This document shows positions 54,370 through 64,000 of a stretch of DNA of 64,000 nucleotides, in pieces (position 1 is the stretch's first letter; every line of letters begins with the position of its first letter). The position numbers were made by a program, and so were the translations under genes. Where the stretch lies: positions 10,044,001 through 10,108,000 of the forward strand of contig JAGIQG010000016.1 in the NCBI GenBank assembly GCA_024679065.1. The letters are read 5' to 3'. The notes beneath the pieces were generated by a model. That model saw nothing but the letters and a program-made list of their open reading frames with translations. It was not told where the DNA came from and ran no database searches. This DNA is from Sphyrna mokarran. Lineage: Eukaryota.

Positions 54370-55775
54370 CATGCCCCATAGATCTTAGAAAACGTGTCAG
54401 TAAGTGACACTTCCGGCAATGTGTATGGTTTCAAGTGCAAGTTGATGGAAATTCAGGACCAGCACATTCCTGTAAGGATGAAGGATAAGTATCGGTGTTT
54501 TGGGGACGTTGGATAATGAGAGGTATATTGTAAAGTGATCAAAGAGAAAAAGGAAGCATTTGTCAAAGCTTGGGTCAGGAAAAACGCAAACTTGTGTAGA
54601 ATGCAAGGAAAGTAGCTGAAACGTAACCAAGGAATAAGAATATGTACAAAGGGTCATAAAAATGCATTGGCCAGCAGGATTAGTATAAAACACTCAGCTT
54701 TTTACACATATAAGAAGGGAAAGATGGTAGACTGGGAGAGGGTTGGCCCATTCAAAGTCAAGGGAGGGAAACTATGTGTTGAGCCAAAGGAACTGTTCGA
54801 GATAGTACATGAGCACTTTATGTCAGTATTCACCGAAGGAAAAAATGGAGTGGATGATGACTTTGAGTAATGATATGTATATAGTTTGAGACATGTTGCG
54901 ATGAAAAAGGGAGGAATATTGATTTTTTTTTGAGTAACATTAGTGTAAACATGTTTTCAGGCCTGATGTTATAGACCCAGTTTATTGAGAGAGGCAAGAG
55001 GTGAAATTGTCTTGAGAGAAATATTTGTATCATCACCAGCTATAAAGGAGGTCCCAGAGGATTGGATAATAGGCAGTGTTGTTCCTTTTATAACAAGACT
55101 GTCAAGAATAATCTTGATAATTAAATGCTGGTAAGCCTTATATCAGTGGTAAAAACGAATCCTTTTTCGAGACATGATGAACTGACCCTTGGAAATAAGT
55201 GGTCGAATTCGTGAGAGGCAATATGCTTTCGACAACGGGAGTCTTTTCTCACGAACTTGATCCAGTTTTTTTTTGCACGGAAGTGACGAATATAATTGAT
55301 GATAGTAGGACAGCGGATGTTTATGTGGACTTCAACAAGGCCTTTGACAAGGTCCCTCGTCACAGATTCGTACAGAAGGTGAAATCAAATGTATTCAGAT
55401 GTTAATTTGCAAAGTGGATGTAAAACTGGCTCGGTCAAAGCAGACAGAGGATAGTAACGTAAGGGTACAATTCTGAGAGGAGGCCTGTGATAAATGGTAT
55501 TCCTCAGGGATCAGTGCTGCAACCTTTGCTGTTTGTAATATATGATTGGGAAGACAAAACAAGGTTTGGTGGATGGCAGTTGGTGGTGAGAACCATCGGG
55601 GGATATAGCTGGATGAGATCAGTTGGAGACTTGGGTGGAGAGATAGCAGATGAAGTTTAATCCAGACAAATGTAAGGTAATGCATTTATGGAGGGCTAAT
55701 ACGCATAGGAAAAATACAGATTATAGGATCTTAGTGAGGCCGCATTTGGGATCAAGCGTTTAATTCTGCCCTACT
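54370..55775 (+). mobile_element. CR1 ORF2 fragment, unit 5 copy
   Basis: ORF 55199-55405 contains DVYVDFNKAFDKVPR. Confidence 0.88.
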
Positions 55776-56214
55776 GTTAATAACACATTGGAACAGCAAA
55801 CAAAACATGTTGCACTTGGAGCCAGAGACAGCATCTCAGTTTAAAGACAGTACCACGCGTCAGCAAGAAGTTTCAAATGGACGTAGAGTCAAACACGCAT
55901 ACAACATGGAATATAAACTTTGGCAGAACTATCTTGTGCTGACTAGGACTCCGAAATCGAAGTAATTCAGTTTGCCTTCATTGCATTCATGTTACTATCT
56001 AAATGTTCTGTAAATGCACAACTGCACACAACTCTACCATCTCATGTGGCAACTTTCTCGTTTTGTTTGCCACCAGTCAATATACAAATGTGCATCAAGC
56101 CCCTTTTAAAGATATAGACCAAGAGTCTTTAAAACCTTTGATATGCAATCGCCTGAACTTGAAAAAATCATGTCCCTCGCTACTCACCCGATTTGTGCCC
56201 ATCATGATTTAATG

Positions 56215-58000
56215 AACCCACATATAGATATACCTTCTTTCCCTAAGCTCCACAGGCAAAGGCATCATATTATAATATCTTCGTCATAAATTGAATCTTC
56301 CGGATCCTCTCCAAACTAACACTCTCATTCCCATAGCAGAATGACGATTATTATACACGATATTACAAATGTGACTTCACCAACGTCTTGTACATTTCAA
56401 ACTTGACCAACTCCTGGATGCAATATTCTGACCCGTGGAGCACGTGCTCAAACACACGATTCACTCCCACGCTGCTAACCATGAAATCGCTTTCATAGAA
56501 CAATGTACCTGCACCACTGGGTCTCTCCGTTCCACAACATTCTCCTGGGTAAAACCATTGAAACTGTAAGGGTTGCCCTGATTTGTCTTACAAAGTGCCA
56601 TAACTCACTTTTTTTCTCGGAATTAATCTGCAACTTTCATATATTGTTCCACCAAAATAATTGATCAAAATCCAGCTGCAATCTTCGATAACCTGTGTCA
56701 CTGTTCACTTCAACACAATATTTAATATCAAACGATTCTAACTGAGATTTCCCCCGTCTTGTCATATGAATTAGTTACACAAATGAGATGCAACAGGGAA
56801 GCCAATATCATTCCCTGTGGACAATGTTAATTATAAGTCTCCAGTCCGTTAAAAAAACGTGTTCCTTCACCCTATGCACGCTTTCCGCAAGTCAATTTTG
56901 GACACTACTGGTTTGATAGGTGTGAAACCTGTGCACTATGATCAGCCTGATCAGCCTACTATGTGTTACATTGTCGGAGACCTTGTTAATGAAGTTGATG
57001 TTCCACCACACTACTGCAATTAAATTCTAAATCATCTCTTCCAAACACTTTGGTTAATTTGTAGGGTATGATTTCCCACGCACGAAGACATTCTGACTGT
57101 CCTCAGCCAGCACAAACGCATCTACAAATACGTGTATTTCATGTTCTTCAGAATGCCCTCCAAAAAGGCAATCACCGCTGACGTCAGGCTCTCAAATTAG
57201 CATGTTAGTGTCTTTTACCTTGCACTTCTGTGAATAATGCCAGAACGTGCGCTTCCCTCCCATCTTCCGGCATGTCAACCGTGCTTCTAAATGACAGAAA
57301 TTCCACAGCGAGGTGTGCCATATTTTCCTCGTCTTCCCACAATGTCCTTAAGTATTGGTCTTGATTGACGTTCGGGATTTATCTACGTTTATACACGTGA
57401 TATATCTGCGTTTATCAATTTTGTCCAGAGAAAGTATATATGTTTTTGCGAGTTTTGAATTCCAGCTTCTCGTTTTTTTTTCAATAATGTGGACGGTTTT
57501 TTTTCAACACACCTCTCTGTACTTCTGCAAGTTCCTTAGCTTCATGCATTTTTTGTCATCATGATGACAAGTATTCACTGAAGATGTCAATCATCTGTTG
57601 CAGCCCCACGCAACGGCGAACTCGCTGGGATGGATGGTTCACAATCATTTCCCTCGTAACACTTTTGCACCACCTATACTTGGGATTGTTTTGGGATTTC
57701 CTTCCCCGTCACTGCCAAAGCTCGGTCATGTACCATACTTGCTCTTCTGATTTCCCAGTCAATTGTGCTACGACACCAGCAATTTATTTCAAGGGATTTC
57801 CTTGATCCAATACGCCTATGCCGGCAGTTCTTAGTTTTATTGACCAAATTCTTAATACCGCTTGTCATCCTGCGTTCCCAACGCTTTCAGTTTCCCATTC
57901 ACTCTACCCAGAACTTTGCTGGCTCTGAAATATCGTTATCTCCTTTTTGAGTCTCTACAATTACAGGATAATCATCTACGAGTGAAAATCTCCCACAATT
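56215..58000 (-). mobile_element. CR1 ORF2 fragment, unit 5/6 junction
   Basis: Paralogous to 11400-13180. Confidence 0.8.
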
Positions 58001-60588
58001 AAGTATTGAAAGCGCATTTCTCTTCACAAACAAATGGGCCTGACCCAAATTAGATATCTAATCGGTGGACCTGATCTATTGTTTTCCACAATTCCATCAC
58101 CATGATAATTATGTTCTCTAGTCACAAAGTGTCATATAATTGGCACTTCTGCTGTTGGTCAAGGCTTATTTCTCAAAAAGACTTGGAATTTATTCCTTCA
58201 ATTAACATTGATGGTGTGTTTTTTTTTTCGTGAACATCCATCACTTTTTCCTTCCTAGGCAATCTCTTAAAACTATGGAAGTCCCAGTTTCAGTCATTCA
58301 AGATAAAACTCACTGCGATCAAACCATTATTTTTAATACAGTTGTCTTCGACCTCCCAGCATATTTATTCTTATTGGAAGTTTATACGTGTTTAGTTATT
58401 AGTGTCACTCGTAGATTACATTAGCACCGCTATGAATTTACTGCAAAAATCATCACTTGCCACACTCGAGCGCCTGACCAAATTCGACCTCTCCGTTGAG
58501 TGCGGAGAAAGGGGTGTCGGGCGATTGTTGGTGGAAAGTGGGGGCGTTGTCATGCAACCATCCAATCAAGGTATTGTGTCCTTTCTTATATTTCAGTTAC
58601 ACGCATGTGGTCTATTTAGACGATGCCTCAGTCATATTTTTTCTCTGTACTGCCGGTGATATTTGCCACAGCCAACACCGCAACTCTCCTTTCTCTCGTG
58701 TCTCTCCTTGAATCGTTTTGATAACTTATCCAAAACGAACATGGTACTTTCAGTCCCATACTCTCTTAGCCAGTTTTTTGAAAAGAGCTGTTATATGTCA
58801 ATCATATATATATGCATTCATGTTCTCAATTATTCTGCCTTACCTGTCCGTTAATTTGCTCTGAAATAAATGTAGTTTCATTCATCAGTCTTCCCCACTA
58901 ACTTAACAAGCTCATGTCTGTCCTGTCCTTTGAAAATTTTCACTTTATGGTCTATATTGTCCTCAATGTCCACTTTTGTTTCAATGCTCATCAGTTTCCC
59001 CTTTCTGGCAGACTATTTGACAGCCTCCGAGTTAGATGTAGAAAAAACACTTGCACCACCATCGTCAAAATTCATCATGAATGTTTCGAATTCGCGTTGA
59101 ACTAAATTGAAATTGCTTATAGAACATAGAACATAGAACAATACAGCACAGAACAGGCCCTTCGGCCTTCGATGTTGCGCCGACCAAAATAAAAAGCAAT
59201 GCCCCTCCAAACTAAACCATTCCCTTCTCTTCCATATACTTATCAACTAACCTCTTAAACGCCACCAAACTTCGCGCATCTACAACAGCTGCAGGCAGGG
59301 CATTCCACTCCCTAATCACTCTTTGAGTAAAGAACCTACCTCTGATATCCGTCCTATAACTCATACAAAACTCATATAGTTGATACAAAAATCATAAAGG
59401 TAATGTTTGGAATAAAAGCAGGACTGAATACTCGGTTTTGGCTTCCAAGACCAAAAATAAACTCTTCCCAATGATGTGGTCTACAAAGTGTTAGAATGTG
59501 GCTGGTTCACTGATTAATTGAGTCACTTCACTTCTGAGGGTGATCTTTCCACAATGTGAAACCTCATTGCATCTGAGAACTACATTTCTATTTGCGTCAT
59601 TGTATTCTCTTCTATCATTAAGTGTCACAACCAAAATATCAGTCTTTTTAAAATTTGTGAATTGATATTTGCTGCATCAAATGGGCTTCAGATTCCTAAC
59701 ACATTCAGTGTAAAAACCTGTCATGTGGTTGCTATGCAGATAGTTTTTTTTTCTGGGTCAACGTTACCAGACCTGTTTCAGCGTCTCACTAACTATGTGT
59801 GATGACAACATTGTGCACCATGATATAAAGGGCCCAGTGTCTCACTGTGATCACAGAAAACCGTGTAAATTCTAAAAAATCCGTGGCATTTGAATAGTGA
59901 TGGCATCCCCCACGGCACATTCATAATAGAGAGTATGTTCATTTGAGCTTGATTACACGTTACTCACATTGTATCATTTCCGTCATAGCAAAATATTGAT
60001 ATGGTTTCTTTTTGAGCAACACAGCAGCAGCATCCAGAAACCCATTTCAAACCACCTTACTACCGAGACGAAAATGGGTACAGAATCTTGACTTAGTTAT
60101 TTAGTGGTTAGGTCATCCTCCATTATTTGAATACTTCACGGTAAGTATACATATTGTGGCTTCAAGTTGACCATACATGAACTCCATGCAAATTCAATGT
60201 CAGTGTGTTATTCGAACCCCTGGAAAACGAATATTCAAGTTCTTCATTTAAATATCCAATAGGTGATCATTTTAACTTCTTTCCAAAGATACACGAAGTA
60301 TGTAGCGAATATGTTCCAACATAATCCCCCACAGCACATTCATAATATGGATTATGTTCATTTGAGCGTGATTACACGTTACTCACATTGTATCATTTCC
60401 GTCATAGCGAAGTATTGATATGTTTTTTTTTTGAGCAACACAGCAGCATCATCCAGAAACCCATTTCAAAATATCTTACTCACGAGACAAAAATGGCAAC
60501 AGAATCTTGACTTATTTATTTAGTGGTTAGGTCATCCTCCATTATTTGAATACTTCATGGTAAGTATTCATATTGTGGCTTCAAGTTG
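56694..60588. repeat. Tandem repeat unit 6 (long type, truncated at unit position ~3636; carries private CR1 insertion)
   Basis: Collinear with unit 1 positions 1-~3636, then jumps back to unit position ~1462. Confidence 0.93.
59123..59374 (-). mobile_element. Young 5'-truncated CR1-type LINE (or CR1-dependent SINE) 3' end insertion, unique to unit 6
   Basis: ~250 bp absent from all other units; (ATAGAAC)3 tail followed by 'aatacagcacagaacaggcccttcggcc', typical of the chondrichthyan CR1 3' end; TATAG at 59118-59122 and 59375-59379 as probable target-site duplication. Confidence 0.88.
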
Positions 60589-63500
60589 GTTTGGCTTATT
60601 TCCCAAAAAGACTTGGAATTTATTCCTTCAATTAACATTGATTGTGTGTTTTTTTTTTCGTGAACATCCATCACTGATTCGTCCCCAGGCAATCTCTTAA
60701 TACTATGGAAGTCCCAGTTTCAGTCATTCAAGATAAAACTCACTGCGATCAAACCAATATTTTTAATACAGTTGTCTTCGACCTCCCAGCATATTTATTC
60801 TTCTTGAAAGTTTATACGTGTTTAGTTATTAGTGTCACTCGTAGATTACACTAACACCGCTATGAAATTACTGCAAAAATCATCACTTGCCACACTCGAG
60901 CGCCTGACCAAATTCGATCTCTCCGTTGATTACGGAGAAAGGGGTGTCGGGCGATTGTTGGTGGAAAGTGGGGGCGTTGTCATGCAACCATCCAATCAAG
61001 GTATTGAGTCCTTTCTTATATTTCAGTTACACACATGTGGTCTACTTAGACGATGCCTCAGTCATATTTTTTCTCTGTACTGCCGGTGATATTTGCCACA
61101 GCCAACACCGCAACTCTCCTTTCTCTCGTGTCTCTCCTTGAATCGTTTTGATAACTTATCCAAAACGAACATGGCACTTTCAGTCCCATACTCTCTTAGC
61201 CAGTTTTTTGAAAAGAGCTGTTATATGTCAATCATATATATATATGCATTCATGTTCTCAATTATTCTGCCTTACCTGTCCGTTAATTTGCTCTGAAATA
61301 AATGTAGTTTCATTCATCAGTCTTCCCCACTTCCTCAACAAGCTCATGTCTGTCCTGTCCTTTGAAAATTTTCACTTTATGGTCCAAAATGTGAATACTT
61401 CATGGTAAGGATTCAGATTGTTGCTTCAAGCTGACCATACATGAACTCCACGCAAATTCAATGTATCTCTGTATATTTACTTCAACATGCCTTTGCAGAT
61501 ACCCCGGCTAATATGAGTTTTAATTGTGACTGTCACTTTTTTCAATATGTTATCAATGAAAAAATGTGCAAACTGCTCATTGGAGATTGTTTATCATTCT
61601 TAGAACTGAAAGTAGTCAAAGATGGTAAAGAGAAAAAATAACATTCTTCTATCTATGTTGTAAGTTATTCATTATTGATCGATTTCAGAGAGGTATTTGT
61701 TAAAAACGAATAAACGTGTATTTATTTAATTATTGTGTCCACAATGATCCACGCAAGATAGTCCGGCAATTGGATCACAACTCGAATTTGCATTCTGTCT
61801 TCATGATTGTCGAAAGGCTAACCATTGTCTGTGAAAATCGACCTTAATTTCAACGAGAGAACGAACGTGTAATAAAAGGAATAATGTGAATCTCCTTTTT
61901 AAATTACATTGGGTACAGCAGATAAATTGCGTTGCAAGCAGAACATAATAGTCCTATTCAGCAAGGCATGCAAACTGAAACATTTTGGAATAAAATATAA
62001 AGTGTAAAGAAGATAGTGGAGTTAAATTGAAAAAAACATGTGTAATCTTCCGAAATTGTCGAAGGGAAAACAACATCCGGCATTAGATACAGGGCAAAGA
62101 GGAGAAGTACAGGCATATGGTTGCTTCAAATGAAACGCCTAGTAACAGGGACACTTTTGGGCAGTCAGTAAGGATATGCAAATAACACATACGCATTCTT
62201 CAACCGCATAAACAAATAGACAACCAGCATATTAAATGCAGGCATATGTTGAGAAGGATAGATAGAGAAATGCATAAGAAGTGTACACCTGTTGCATGAG
62301 TAATTATACTCACGTAATACGAAATAAATTTGCCAAGTGACGGTGATTTTATTTTCTTTCCGAGAAATTAAATTTGCAAACATATCAATGGAAGGCATAA
62401 TAGCATACTTGATAGAACATGTTGAAAGATGATAAATAAGAAATATCGTATTATTTTGCAGTATTCATCAAAGAAAGACAGGGATTAAGCGGTTGGCTTC
62501 CAACATGAGATTTAGTGTTTCCTTAGAATTGTTGCCAAGTTCGAAATGAAAGTGAAGATACGGAAATTGTTCTTAAAACAATTGCACATCATCATCAAAT
62601 GTGAAATGTTATTGATTACGATAATAAGGGAATAGGAAAAGCAAAGTGTCTTGTCAAGGATGGCTTTTAAATTTATAGTTTCATTTCGGGATGATGGAAC
62701 TACCTTGCTAAGACAACATTTGATTTGCCTTCAGTAGAAGGAAAGTCAGTTGGTGAATTACTTTGATTGATATAGAAACAGCAATATATGATTCACTGCC
62801 AACCCGAAACCGGCGATCGAACAAAAATTCATGCACATATTTTGAGAAACAAGCGAAACAACCCGATATTATGAATGATTACATTTTGATTCATAAGGAT
62901 TATTAAGTTGGTTATGCGTTCATTCGTTGAGTAATGCTGCCTTAAATGGACCCTGGGCTGTTTGGAAAANNNNNNNNNNNNNNNNNNNNNNNNNNNNNNN
63001 NNNNNNNNNNNNNNNNNNNNNNNNNNNNNNNNNNNNNNNNNNNNNNNNNNNNNNNNNNNNNNNNNNNNNNNNNNNNNNNNNNNNNNNNNNNNNNNNNNNN
63101 NNNNNNNNNNCCTTACCTTTTCCAAGATGTCACTTAATCCTCGCACTTCAAGTTGTTCCTGTTGATGGATTGAACATGCTCAGTGCATGGTGTCAGGGTA
63201 GTCTGTAGAGTGTAGTTGTTTGAGATTATTTGTATAGGGCCGATGTGAACAAATGATAATGTCCAGAGGACAAAGACAATACCAGCTCAGGAACAGGCAG
63301 GTCGACCTTCCAAGTCCGCAACGACATGGGGCTGGACTGAAGTAAAACTCCCTACCGTTCCAGGGACATTATCCCTTCATTCCCACCTATCCAACTACTT
63401 GTCAAGACACGTCTTAAAATTCACTGTCGTGCTCCATCCTCTACGTCCTCCATCAGCACGTTCCAGGCATCATTTGTGGAAAAAAAAACTGTCTCTGTAC

Positions 63501-64000
63501 ATTTTCTTGAAAACTTGCAACTGACATAAAAATCTATGCCCAGAGTAACTGATTCCTGCCCCCGGGAAGACTCTTCTGTCCATTCACTATGTCCATGTTG
63601 CTCAAAATCTTGTAGACCTCTGTGGTTCCAATGAGAATAAACAAAGTTCCCCCTGCCTTATACTCGTAATCGTTGCAACCGAAATGGCTTTCCTCATCTT
63701 GTGTTGTGATATGCAACACGTTAATCAAATTGACAAATAATGCGGCTTATTTAAAAGAAAAAGGTTAATTTGCGTGTCTTGCGTGCTGTTTACCCGTTGC
63801 ACACTTTGCGAAGAAGTCAGCATACCATAAATCATAACATGATTTCAAAAATGGTGCCTTTCATATTACACCCAAATGGTCTCGCACATTGTCTCGATAA
63901 AATGCTATCCTCTCCAAGCTCAGAGAATTCATAAAAAACGTATTTCGTTGTTGTCGTTCGTGGGTAGAACTCGGTTGCCCAAATGTGTCTCAAGACGACC
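60589..64000. repeat. Tandem repeat unit 7 (short type, starts at unit position ~1462, runs off window)
   Basis: Begins 'gtttggcttatttcccaaaaagac'; has the short-type deletion junction at ~61383. Confidence 0.92.

Larger units (their letters stand above)
46223..56693. repeat. Tandem repeat unit 5 (short type)
   Basis: Same deletion junction as unit 3, at ~48481. Confidence 0.97.
58065..64000 (-). pseudogene. EFCAB6: Partial/rearranged EFCAB6-like relics, copies 6 and 7
   Basis: FSAL..EFGQAL block present twice (~58480 and ~60910); window ends inside the 6028-6253-equivalent exon. Confidence 0.7.

Noticed and set aside
1-64000. rDNA, 5S, histone or snRNA repeat, or CRISPR array, as the explanation for the tandem units
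   Set aside because: No rRNA, snRNA, tRNA or histone sequence recognised; no short repeat-spacer pattern; sequence is eukaryotic

Overview
Eukaryotic, AT-rich DNA, most likely from a cartilaginous fish; this is inferred from the CR1-type LINE relics and the (ATAGAAC)n-tailed insertion. The whole window is one macrosatellite-like tandem array. Unit starts (tgtgtcactgttcac) are at 1, 11877, 23826, 34329, 46223 and 56694, giving units of 11876, 11949, 10503, 11894 and 10471 bp, then a rearranged and truncated last segment. Each unit has three components: (i) a heavily decayed but still intron-containing minus-strand EFCAB6-like (multi-EF-hand) gene relic of about 8 kb, recognised by manual multi-frame translation and missed by the ORF track because of frameshifts; (ii) two old, convergent CR1 LINE ORF2 fragments in the spacer; (iii) (GT)n and (TTC)n microsatellites and a ~295 bp internal duplication. 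Strong splice signals on the + strand suggest an overlapping antisense spliced transcript. Long and short (1.33 kb deleted) units alternate, and one unit has a private young CR1 insertion and a large microhomology-mediated junction. No intact protein-coding gene, RNA gene or CRISPR array is supported. EFCAB6 and CR1 similarities come from remembered sequences, not from a database search.
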